A stretch of 64,000 nucleotides of DNA, taken from positions 8,866,001 through 8,930,000 of the forward strand of contig CM022667.1 in assembly GCA_012295275.1 (NCBI GenBank). The letters are read 5' to 3'. Shown here piece by piece: positions 25,134 to 37,840 of the stretch. The translations under genes and the position numbers were made by a program. Origin of the DNA: Chrysomallon squamiferum. Its lineage: Eukaryota > Animalia > Mollusca. The notes beneath the pieces are model-generated. The model worked only from the letters and a program-made list of their open reading frames with translations, did not search any database and had not been told where the DNA came from. The stretch's first letter is position 1. Each line of letters opens with the position of its first letter.

Positions 25134-25645
25134 TTAATTTATTGTGTTAAATTCAACAACATTACAAAAAATAATTAAAAATTAAAAAATACACTGTCCA
25201 TTATTTATTTCGCATAAATATTTATGTCTTGTTTGGCCATATTTAAAAAATATTCAGTATCAAATTATTGAAGTATAAACATATACAAAACACATACGAA
25301 TGGCGTTTTTTATTTTATTATTTATTTATTTATTATTAATTTTGGGGGGTTCTTTGGGTTTTATGTTTATGATGTTTTATTTGTGATTTTATTTAATGTA
25401 ATAAGAAAAAGACGATACTTTAAAATAACAGAAAATAATTATCTTTACCAGATTTTATCATATTTGTTAAGAGAATAAAAAATAAAAAAGACGGGGGACA
25501 AACGAAAATAGAAGAAAACAATTTTTTTTTGATTTTATTATTGATATAATATTTTTCAGTTTTTAAAATTAATTTTTTTATTATTATTATTATTACGTAT
25601 GTAACAAAATTTTAAGAATTATTATTTTCCTAAAACATTAGAAAG

Positions 25646-25680
<35 letters not shown>

Positions 25681-27141
25681 GTAACAAAATGATAGCACTG
25701 AAACGAAAAAAGTTAGGAATTTTCATCGGAATAAAATTTGCGGGTATATTTTCCTTCATAATCTACTGACAAAGTGTGATCCATTTCTGTCATTGTGCTG
25801 CATTATCACTGAGTATCTCATGTAGCTTCAGTCCACTATACATGTATTATATATCGAAATGAAGCCTTTTCAGTTCTAACGTAAATAAATAAATAAATAA
25901 ATAAATAACAATGATACTAATAATAATATATTAGTTGTCTTTTTTTAAGACAAAAGAATAAAACATGAACAGATATCATAATTGAAAATGATATATATAT
26001 ATATTTATATATACATAACGCAAAACACACACACACACACGAAATAATAAGGAATGAAGATAGCTTTTTCCTGATGCTTCTTTTCTGACAAAATTCTAAT
26101 TTCCTACCTATTTTATGAGTTATCTGTTGTGACTGTTTTCCTAGAACAACGAAGACAACAAAAACACACAAATCCCTGAAGGAGAGACTCAATAATTCAA
26201 TTTTTGACTTTGTATTTTTGTGGGATATTTTTATAAAAAAAAAAAAAAAAATTCTGACACAGAATAATTCACAGTTATAAAGAATAACAAAACCAAACTG
26301 TTATTGCACTTTTATTTACTCAAGTGTAACAAAAATAAATATCTTGATAAAAATAATTTGTAGACGTATATCTATATGAAATTTGTAAAAAAAGAATGCA
26401 ATAGCAATATATAAATAAATTAAAATATAATAAACATGTATACAAGATATTTTAAAATAAAATAAAATGTAAAATGTATATCAAATTTCTTTTTTTTTAA
26501 TAAATGTTTATTTATAAAGATCAATATTTTAAAATTTAAAATAATGATTCATAACGTTTTTTTTTTGATTGTTCTCGCAATATATATTTATATATTTGGC
26601 ACTTGGGGGGGGGTTCTCATTTCTATCAGAAGTCAATTTATTTTAAAATGATTTATCCAAATTATGTTTTGATTCATCTTTCATTAAAGTTTCAAGAAAA
26701 AAAAACATAATATATATTAAAATTTTTATTTTTATAAGATGACCTTTTTTAAAAAACAAAACAAAACCAAGCATGTAGTAATAATTATTTGTCCTTATTT
26801 TTTGTGTTTCAGGATATAGATAAGATACTTACCAATTCATTTTCTTATTTTCAATTATTTAAAAAAAAATTTATGAAACCAGTTATTGCTCCTTGTTTCA
26901 AGGAATAGCTAAACCCGATTTTTAAATTTTCATTTTTTAAAAATGTATTTAATATTATTATTATTTATTAAATTTTTATTTATTTAATTGTTTTTTTTTT
27001 TTTTTTTTTTTTTACTTATTATTTACAATATTCATTGGTTTCAATAAATATTAAAATAATAATATTGATAAATAAACAAATAAATAGGACAGTAACAAAG
27101 AAAATGGTGTTGTTGAATATATCAAAGAGCATGTGGTAATA

Positions 27142-30100
27142 TTAAAAGCGGTCAAGAGCAGACGATTTCACAAAACTGAACATAAAAATCTGCTTTAATT
27201 CTTGAATTGCTTGGTTGTACGAGTCTATCTGACTATCTCGTTTCTTCAGTTTGTCTTTCAGACTTACAACCTCATTCCTGAAGAAAAAATAATAATTTAA
27301 ATATTTCAGAAGTAAAAATATTAACTTTTTATTTATGTGTTTTATTTATTTATGTTTATAACAGAAACATTTTACTGCTTTGATTAGAACCGATGACCAA
27401 TTTAGTATGATAAAATAATACTTCATGTTAAAGTAAGTATCACTGAACATACTTTATGTTAAAGTAAGTATCTCTGAACATACTTTATGTTAAAATAAGT
27501 ATCTCTGAATATACTTCATGTTGAAATGTGTATATTACCTGGCAAGCTGAATATCTTCACTGTATGCTTTGTTGAGCATGTTTCTTGCATTCTGTTGCAG
27601 GGTAACCACATTTTTCATGCTTTCCACTTTCAGTGTCGTGGATTCCTGCACTGACGTAACCATGTCAAGTTTCTCTTTCAGAGCATTCTTCTGTCTACTG
27701 CACCCTGGGAAAAAAAAAAAAAAAAATCTCTTCTAGTTTTATATATGCCTAGTTCTCTAAAACTTATTCACCTGATTTACCTCTTACCTGTGGTTGTTGC
27801 TTTGGCAGAATAAGCTGAACTGTAAATAAAATGTCTGATACCACTGCAGACAAACACAAACACGCACGAACAAACACACACCCCCACCCACACACACACA
27901 CTAATTCAGAGAGACACAAACACAGACATAACACACACACCTACAAGCACACAATGGTTATCTTTATTTCTTTTTTTACCCTCTTTGTTAAACATATTCT
28001 CCTCCTCCAGGTTTCTAATCAGTTCTTTCAGGGTCTTCTTTTGTTCCTCCTGTGAAGCTGCATCTAGTTTTGTACTAACCAATGTTTCCACTAGTGTCTC
28101 CATTTTGCTTTCATGTTCAGCAACCTCTTTCTGCAAGATCAAACAAAACAACCTACAGCATAAAAACCAGAGCTGTGGCTTGACTAGATTCTATCAAAAC
28201 AGCATGCATTGATCATTTTGTGTTCAAGGAATAATGTTTATGTTTCACATATAATAGAAATTATTCCTTGTCGCTTCTATCAATTTGACATGATTGCCTT
28301 CAGCCACCTTTCTTTTCATTAGAATCAGGATTAGGGGGTTGTCTGGGGTAGGGGGTGGTTGTGATGTTTTTTGGTTTTTTTCCTAGTTCAGTGTGAAACC
28401 AATGAAGAGCAATCCCACAAATATGAATCTACCCATGACACATGTTTATCCAAAAACATTGTCTCAAAAAATATTGTGACTGAGATATAAAACTTCTGGA
28501 TACAAGGTTCTTTTATGAAATTGAACTGGCAGAAAAAATTTCAGTGAAATGTGAAAACGTTAATGTTTTAAATGGTAGATTTTAATGATTATAATCTTAC
28601 CTTTTTAACACGAAATAGATATTAAATTAATATTTAAATAAAATGTGTATCAACACATTTCAAAACAAAAATATGTATTAATACTTATTATTCAATATAA
28701 AATATAAACTAACTTGAATTTGAACACAATAAACATCATTTTTTTTCTTCTTATTTTTTAGATACAAATTAAAAAAAATAAAATAAAAAAAATAAATAAA
28801 AAATTTAAATGTATTTACACATCAAATAAAACGTACTCTGACTCTCTCAGATAATCTTCTTTCTTCGTCAATATTTTTTATTAGCATTGCCTGGTCCTTT
28901 CTTGAGCTCTCCAGCTGATGATATTTTGTCGTAAAGTTCTGTTTCATTTCTGATAACCTTTTAGTTTCCTGATCCAACTGAAACACAACAATTAACTCAA
29001 GAATAACAATAAAATCATTATTGTTGTTACTATTTTCATCATTATTATTTTTCTTAATGTTATTAGTATTGTTACTGTTATTGTTGTTGTTATTTGTCTT
29101 GTTACTGTTTTAGGTGAAAAAGAACAAATCAAATATTTCAATGAAATTTTGGTAATAAGAATGAACACTGTAATAAAAAATATTAGTAATAAAATAAAAA
29201 TAATAATAATATTTACAATTAAAATAAAATAAAATAAAAATAATTAAACAGTAACTGGTGTCAAGAAATATATATACATATATATATCATTATCATCATC
29301 CTCAACATAATATGACAGAAAACAAAACAGTTCTTACGGAAATTTTATCCTCTTCGATAAACTTCTTTAGATCTGTAATTGAGCTTGTTAACAATTTGGC
29401 ATCTTCTTTCAAAACACTCAGTTGATTCTCAATCTCTATGTGAGCTTTTTCTGCTTTCTCCAGATTTTCCCTTGCTTGCCATACTTCCATTTCAATGGAA
29501 GTCGCATAGACACTTTTCTTCTGTAGCTGTTCAACAACATTTCTGTATGATTTTTCTGTCTTAGCACTCTGAAAACAGAAAATATCTTGATTTAACGGTT
29601 GTAACTAAGTGTATTAGTCACAGAATAATAATACCAACAATAACAATAACAACACTAATAATAGCAATAGTAGTAATAGTAGTAGTAGTAGTAATAATAA
29701 TAGTTTTTATTGTAGCAGCATTAATAACAGTAATTATAATAGTATTGTAGTAATAATAGTAGTAATAATAATAATAACAACAACAGTAATGTAACAGGAA
29801 TAATAATTCAAAAAGTTTAAATTTTATTAATAGTAGTAGTACTATTACAACTACTATCATTATTATTCAAAATACTGGTTTTAGGACTAGTTAACGAAAG
29901 ATATGGTATATGCTTACTAGCTGTGGGAAGGTACATATTAAAAGTTTTTTTCTGCTAAATGAAAAAAAGAGAAGTCTTACAAGATGACTCTAAATTTCCT
30001 TTCCCATTATCTGTACCAACGATAACCACAAAACTACAGATTACAAAACAATGACTAAATAAAATACATCTTCTTTTTTTAACACTTTTCGAACAAAAGA

Positions 30101-31377
30101 TTTCAGAAAACACCTTCGTTGACCTCCATTCTTGAAATTAAAAATGTGTGTATGTATGTGTGTATTTTAGAACATTCCTGATTACTGATCTCAGAATTCC
30201 AAAATTTGAAGAAAAAAACGTATTTTTTCAGATCTTACCTTTGATTGTTCTTTCTCTATCTCCGACTCCAGAGTGGACTTTTTCTCCGTGAGTTTGCAAA
30301 TGTCCTCACTGATGTCTCTGACCTTCCTCTGCAGCATGTTGTTCTGCATCTGACCCCGATTCAGGATACTCTTGATCTGCTGGAGTTCTACTTTGAGAGC
30401 TTCTGACTGCTTCCTTTTATTTTCCAGTTCTACCACCTTCGACTTGTACATCCTTTCGTCAAGTTCAAACTGTGGGAAAGATTAGAGTCTTCAGAAAATA
30501 TTTCTATCTCTTAAACTGTTAAATTCCTAATTATGAAATAATTTTATCACTTACATTGTTAATTCCAAATGTATTACATTATTGAAATTCCTACAATGAA
30601 ATGAATTACATGACTTATATTCACAATTCTGAATCAATTACATGACTTAAGTTTCTAGTATTAGATAAATTACATAACTTAAATTCCAAATGCTGTTACA
30701 TTATATATATATATCTGAAAACCTATCTGACTCAATACATATTTATTCAATGGCTATATACTGATATAAATGATTATGAGAAAGCAAATAAATTTATATA
30801 AACACTCTTGTTTTTTTCTAAAAGATACTTTAGAAAACAGTGCACCAATAGCTCTTTAGTAAATTAGTAAATTAGACACATTATTAAATATGTACCACGG
30901 TTATCACCGTTATAAATAAAAAATACATTAATAAATATGGCTTTCTAAAATACACTTTATTACACAACTTTTCTCCAGGACCTGCAAGTTATTATTTTTT
31001 TTTTTGAATAACTTGCTTGTCCTCTGAACCTATTTTCAGTAGAGTCAGGTTCTGGACAACTGAACCTGACTACTACAACAAACCTCTGCATCCAGGTTAC
31101 GGATCGTTTGAAAGTTAATCTTTAGTTCCTGTTGGTTGTGCTGTATGCAGGCCTCTGTCTGATGATACATTGTCCCAATCTTCAGCACTTCTTCCCCTTT
31201 CTGTTCCACCTCCATTATTATGTTCTTCACCTAAAAAACAAGAAGTAAAAGTATGAAAAAATAAAAAAATAATAATTAAAAAAAACAGAAAGAGAAAGAG
31301 AGAGAAATGAAAGTAAGAAGCAAATATTATTTAAGGTTTTATGGATTTGGATGCTAAAAGTTAAAACTGTTACTACA

Positions 31378-31422
<45 letters not shown>

Positions 31423-33948
31423 TAGTTAACTAGCTAGTTAGTTCTTCTTTGACTATTTGTGGGGTTTTTTTGGAGGGGGTGATTGGCTTCTCTATATGTT
31501 TTTTTTTTATTTTATTATTATTTAGGGAATGTGGTTTGTGTTGTTGTTATGGTTTTGTTGGATGTTTTTTTTTCTTTTTACAGCAAATTTTCCACTCATT
31601 CAGGCTTAAATTTAATACTGAAAAAAAAAAAAAAAAAAAAAAAAAAAATGTAAAAGATGTCTTTTTTCAAATAGGAAATAAGTGATTGAAATCCAAAGAC
31701 TGGTAAATAATAAATACAAGATAAATAATATTTTCATTTTTTTAAATAACAGAACTATTTTTTTTTTTTTTAATTATTGAACTACAGGAAAAGTTCTCTT
31801 TCATAACAGTGTAAAATACTAAGTATGTTTTGTCTGTTTTGTGACTTTTACATTACTGCTCCTTCATGAAAATACTATCAGAACACTAAAGATTATATCC
31901 AACATCTGCTAAAAAGAAAAGATAGACCATTACCTTCTCCTCTCATATAATTACTCTCTTACATAAGCAGTGTATCACTAGCAACCAAAGTAGCCTTAAA
32001 ATATGATTAACTACGTATAATACACACATTCAGACATCCACTACCACACACACATTACTGAAAAATAAAAGAGAGATAACTGTTTAAATAAACAGGCATG
32101 GTACCGCTTTCTTAATGGCACTAGCATCACCCCCAGCTGCAATCTGTTTTTCCAGATCCGACTTGATATCTTCCAGTCTCACAATTTCCTGGATGGCTTC
32201 CTTTCCCCAAGCACTTTCCTTGAACATTCGTGCTTCATCACATTTGAGCAGATTTTTCAGTCTTCCAATTTCTTTCTGAAAATAACAGCAGTAATCTTAT
32301 CTTTTGTATATAGTAAAAAAAAAAAAATAATAAAAAAAAAATAATAAATAAATAAATTTAGTAATTACCAACAAAGATGGTTAAGAAAAACAAAAGAAGA
32401 TAATAATAAAATAAATAAATATATTATAATAATAATAATAATAATAATAAATATGTAAAAATAATAAATTAATATGTAGATATTAAAATTTTAGAAAATA
32501 AATGTAAGAAAACAATATTCCACAAGTAAAAGATAAAATTCTTTCTTATACTCATTTTTAATTCAGTTCTTAACTTACAGCAATCTTAACATGAAGAATA
32601 AAATAAAATAAAATAAATTATACAAATAAAGATATGATGTTTGTTTCTTATTGGGATATGGTTATATAATAAACACCATAATAATATTATTAATAATGAT
32701 AATAATAGTTTTGGTGTTAAAAACACTTGTCTCTGTTAGTGTCGTTTACAATATTAATAATACATGTCTCTAGCTGTTATTTTCAGGATTAACAATAATA
32801 CTTACTTCTAAATCTGTGAGAGTTTCTACTCTCTTCATCCTCCCTTGATGTGTAATTACTTCTGTCTGGTACACTTGTTGCTGGATTTGCTCTATGTCCT
32901 TTTTCTGCATTTCACGCAAAATCTGTTCAGGACTCTGATATTCACCAATACTGTCCTTTCGTTCTTTTTCCTCCTGTTCTAGTTTCTTCTTCATCAGAAT
33001 TTCTTCTTCTTTTGCCAACGTATCTTCTTCTTCTAATTTCTCTTCCTCTTCTAGATTCTGCATCATCAGAAGTTCTTTTTCTTTTGCCAACGTATCATCT
33101 TCTTCAGGTTCCTCTTCCTTTTCTAGATTCTGCATCATCAGAAGTTCTTTTTCTTTTGCCAACGTATCATCTTCTTCTGGTTGCACTTCCTTTTCTAGAT
33201 TCTGCATCATCAGAAGTTCTTTTTCTTTTGCCAACGTATCATCTTCTTCGGGTTTCTCTTCCTTTTCTAGATTCTGTGTCAACAGAATTTCTTCTTTTGC
33301 CATCGTATCTTCTTCTTCTTCTTCTTCAGATTTCTCCTTTTCTTTGCCCTGCTCCTCTGTTTCGTCATCAGCACCACACTCCTGGTGAATGCGTGACTGA
33401 ATCGTGTAGTCCGCGAAGTCTGCAAACGATCCCCTGATGACGTTTTTTTGAATGAGGTGTTCGGAAGTGATAGGTGGAGCGACAGCACCTTCCAAACCTA
33501 TTTTAGGTTCGTAATACAAATCCACCAGCCTTTTCATCTCTGGGCTGTAAGGCTGTTTAATAATTTCTCCACCTGTTTTGGGGCTCTCTTCCGGCGGAAC
33601 TTCTTCAGATTTTGCTGACTCGGTTTCGATACTATCAGGCGCGCTGGCTTCTTCGTCCTGCTGTATAGCCGTGTTCTCCAGCGATACCGTCGTGGAACAT
33701 TTTTTACGAACTAGAGGAATTTCTTCCTCTTCTTTATCACTTTTAGTTGCACTTTCTGCATCACTTTTAGTTGCACTTTCTGCATCACTTTTAGGTGCAA
33801 TATCTGCATCACTTTTACGTGCTGCCTCTTCGGTCGCCGACTTCTGCGTCAAAGTGGTAATGGTGGAACCTGGACGACTTCCGCTTCCAAGAGATGAAAG
33901 CAGATAATTATGACGTCTGGCTCTGTCAAGAACATCTTCTTCTTCCAT
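27142..33948 (-). CDS. Uncharacterised coiled-coil protein, paralog B (~838 aa)
   Basis: Exons 33948-32806, 32275-32105, 31230-31084, 30469-30239, 29568-29338, 28977-28837, 28130-27980, 27704-27539, 27277-27142 (TAA). Exon sizes 171/147/231/231/141/151/166/136 are identical to paralog A. Same N-terminus MEEEDVLDR.RRH.YL. Confidence 0.9.
27418..27523. repeat. 31-bp intronic tandem repeat, about 3.4 copies
   Basis: atacttYatgttaaagtaagtatctctgaac repeated. Confidence 0.9.
32990..33330 (-). repeat. Coding 72-bp tandem repeat, about 5 copies (EEDDTLAKEKELLMMQNLEKEEEP)
   Basis: Visible in the DNA and protein of paralog B. Confidence 0.95.
33736..33817 (-). repeat. Coding 24-bp tandem repeat, about 3.5 copies (KSDAESAT)
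   Basis: atcacttttagttgcactttctgc repeated. Confidence 0.9.
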
Positions 33949-34544
33949 TTTTTTATTTTTTTTATTATGTTACTGTGGATGAGAAATACAGCAGCATGCG
34001 AACTGTGTCAACAGTAATAATTTACAGATATTTTGTTATAGTTCATTCTTTTTATTGTTGTTGTTGATGATATTCAAAAATAAATAAAAATAATTAAAGA
34101 TAAATATTTGTTCTAAAACACTTGTATCGATCAACTATCAGTTTTATGTTAATTATATTTATATTGATCACTAATTATAAATAAACAACTTTTTTAAAAA
34201 TAAAAACATTAACATGTTTCAAAGATAGTCTGTTATCATCTGATGAAACGCCATACTGTCCCATCATTTTACATCTGCTTCATTTAATTTATTATCACAC
34301 AATCATGTCGTTTCATTTTTCTTTGAGTAAACGTTAGCAAACTGACAAGAACTTGGACAAATGGACACGTAATTCTGACAATAAAATCTTTTAAAAATTA
34401 TTAAAAATAAATAAAAAATAAATATATACTTTATTTTCTTCTTACTATTGCATACTCGCGTTACTTAAAAAAACGAAGTAATAAATAAATAAATAAAGCA
34501 TCATTATTTAGTTTAAATGATACTGACAAACAACAATATACTAT

Positions 34545-34639
<95 letters not shown>

Positions 34640-34834
34640 TAATAATTTTAAAAACATTTTACACTCAATCTTTGGTATTTGTTTCAAAGATAATGTATAA
34701 GATGCAAAATAAGTTTACGGATTTAATATATATATATATTAAAATAAATAATTTTAAAAACATTTTACACTGAATCTTTGGTATTTGCTTCAAAGATAAT
34801 GTATAAGATGCAAAATAAGTTTACGGATTTAATA
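34545..34834. repeat. (TA)n microsatellite followed by a ~100-bp direct duplication, each copy preceded by (TA)n
   Basis: attaaaaataa...aacattttacact.aatctttggtatttg.ttcaaagataatgtataagatgcaaaataagtttacggatttaata at about 34632-34728 and 34738-34834. Confidence 0.9.
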
Positions 34835-35214
34835 AAGTTTTACTTTACTTGATTCTGTGATCAGTTGTCAAGTCAACCTTGCTTTAGGCTTTATTAGAGA
34901 CTATTTTCCCTTTTTCTGACAGGTTTACCGCTTTGTGCTTTTTTTTTAAATATTAGAAACATTACAAATTTATTTAAAGGCCTTCTTTTTACTATTATTG
35001 GGAACTTTCATTATTTTATTACGTCATCGTCCACTTGACGACATAAGCGCATAGTTCTACCGATAACACGAAGCCTCGTTTTGGTAAAGCAAGGACATAC
35101 ACGAGTTTGTTTTGTTTTGTTTTATCCACGCTTGTTTCTACCAGTATTTAATAACACCGCAGTCGAAAGTTTCACGGAATAACAGTGATATCCAAACTGT
35201 AGGTTGGAACAAAA

Positions 35215-35490
35215 CTGAACAATTATCTTCTGAAGTTCAGCAATCTTGCTTTGCGTAAATTCAGTTGAATCAGAATGCATCAGCATGCTGAAACGTCAAC
35301 TGACGAGAAACAGAATGAAAAAGCGAAACAGGTCGAAGATGATACGTTGCCGGAAGAAGAAGAAAAAATTATTAAGAAGAAACTAATAAAGGATGATAAA
35401 AGAAGGGACAGTATCGGTGAATATCCAAGTCCCAAAAAAATATTGCGGGAAAAACAAAAAAGGCATATAGAAAAAGGCAAATTTAGATGA
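35215..35490 (+). pseudogene. Inverted partial third copy of the coiled-coil gene first coding exon
   Basis: ORF 35275-35490 DDTLPEEEEKIIKKKLIKDDKRRDSIGEYPSPKKILREKQKRHIEK aligns with paralog B EDTLAKEEEILMKKKLEQEEKERKDSIGEYQSPEQILREMQKKDIEQ. Upstream RMHQ matches RIHQ and NNYLL matches HNYLL. No downstream exons found. Confidence 0.75.
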
Positions 35491-36180
35491 AGATGGGATG
35501 GAAATTGATTTTATTATTATATCAATTTTGTTATACTGGAATTGTCGGTGTAAACTGTCTGTAATAATGTGGAGGAAAACAAGAAAGAAAAAAACCTCAA
35601 ACCCCCAAAAAACTAATTATATTTTTGTCTTTAATTTATATGTTAAAAATATAAAGAAGACGATAACAAAAATACTACTAATAAAAAACAATAATACAAA
35701 ATAATAATAAATAATTTAAAAAATACAGTTTAATATTAATTAAAAAAAAAGAAAAAGAAAAAAAAAAAAAGATAATAAATAAGAGTATACTGAACAGAAG
35801 AAATATGAACACATTATACAAAACATAAACTTGGTTGTGCCTTGTGACACTTTTTTATTATTAATATTGTTATTATTATTGTTACTGTTGTTATTAATGA
35901 TGTTGTTGTTATTATTATCACTATTATTATTTTGACACTTCTTTTCTCTAAACATTCTTCTAAATTTTAGTAATTTTCTTAATTTATTCTTATATAACAT
36001 TTGAAAAATGTATTTAATTATTGTTATTACGTTTTTGTTTGGTTATTTATTTAATACATTAAAATTTGTTTTGCTAATAATATCAAAATAAAGAAATAAA
36101 AAATTTAGACAGAATTCAGATTTATTCTGTTATTATTTTTTGTTTCTAAATAATAATAATTAAAAATAAATAAATAAATA

Positions 36181-36221
<41 letters not shown>

Positions 36222-37115
36222 TTATACAGTTATTCTTTGCAAAATCCCCTTTATTAATAAGATTTTGGGGACTTACAGAGAGCTAACGAAAATAATGCAA
36301 TAATAATTACAACAGAATAACGATAATGAAAATGGAATATAGATGAATATGGAATCTAAACATTTTAATTTTTTCATCAAACAGTTCAAAATAGGTCAAC
36401 TCTTCATATTATTTAATCTTTTTTTTTGTTGTTATTTTAATAATTATACTTTCCACTGCATTAACATTGTAATAATAACTATTCTTAATGCTATGGTAAA
36501 CACACACACACACACACTAGCATGCACACATGCACACACACACACACACACACACACAATTATGGACCCTGTGAAGACTGGTCTTTGACTAATCCAGATT
36601 TCTATGTAAACCGGCACCATTCTCGATAACCTGTCCAGCTTCCGTTAATCAATTATGAACAAAGTAATGTCTAATCAGTGCATGCATTTTAATTGCTATT
36701 ATATATCTGTAAAGCATTCATCTTTGTACTGTAATCCAACAGTTTATAATAATATAGTAATTGTGAGCGTCTACTTTGGATTTCGAGTGTAAATTCCAGA
36801 ACAAACAACAAAAACAAAAACGTGTATAGTAATTAGTTTTGTCAACTCTAACACGCAATTTTGCAAGTACGTCACTTTTTAACCAATAGCGGCAGTTAAC
36901 GTGGTATTTAGACTACTGTGTGAAATGAAATGAACGCATTTTCTTAGACTTAATAAATAATAATGCCTTATTTTTTGCAGTTACTGAATGCAGCAAAATG
37001 AAGCAGGATGTGTTGATACCTAAGAGAATTGACACATTTAAATTTAGTGTAAAAAACAGACGTCTGTATAAATTAATATTAATTAAAAGTATTAATATAT
37101 AATTTCAGGTAAGTC

Positions 37116-37840
37116 ATGGCAGCATCAGGACCCATTCAAATAGAAACTACCACAGACAAGTGACCGAACTGGAGAGACCGTCGGATGAAACCAGAGTTGA
37201 CCCCATGGGAGAGAGCAAGGATAGAAAGATATCATTGATCACCACGGAGACAACTTCGAAAGCACCTTAGACAAGGGTCTGATAGACAACTTCATCAACA
37301 TACAACTGCTGGAGCCAGTGAGGGAAATCCACAGATGCCAACCTGCTGCAGTTTAGGTGTATGGACAGAGAAGAGGAACCATTCAATGACGTCATCTCTA
37401 AACTGAGAACAAGAGCCAGCAAGCTGATTCCACTGAAGTGGAGCACCAGGACACTTCTGACTTGCATAAAAGCCGTAGTGGGTGGACCGTCTGCATCACG
37501 CACACAATGATTACAGATCCGTCAATATATGCACCGACTCCGATAGGAGAACGGCCTTGTTAGGAAATAGATATCTTCTGCCCGATCTGCGATTGCGATG
37601 TGTCCCATCATCATATCTTCATAGACCAGGATGTAGGAATGACAACGAAAATGCACGAATGCAATCCGCTTGTTGTCGAAGGAATCATCAACTATGAAAT
37701 AGACACTGTGGCTGTAGGTATGCTGGAATCTGTGATGTGCTGGTGTCTATCCGGAGGAGAATGCCAGTTCAAAGGAACGACTTGCAAGAAATGGCAGAAA
37801 TTAGCCAGAGAGATCAGAGACGATTATATGAACTTGTAAA
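37116..37840 (+). mobile_element. Degenerate Ty3/Gypsy gag-like relic
   Basis: NLLQFRCMDREEEPFNDVISKLRTRASK resembles the gag major-homology-like F...Q...E....F...LR..A..C motif. CWCLSGGECQFKGTTCKKWQKL resembles a decayed zinc knuckle. Several stops and frameshifts; no pol or LTR pair seen. Confidence 0.45.
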
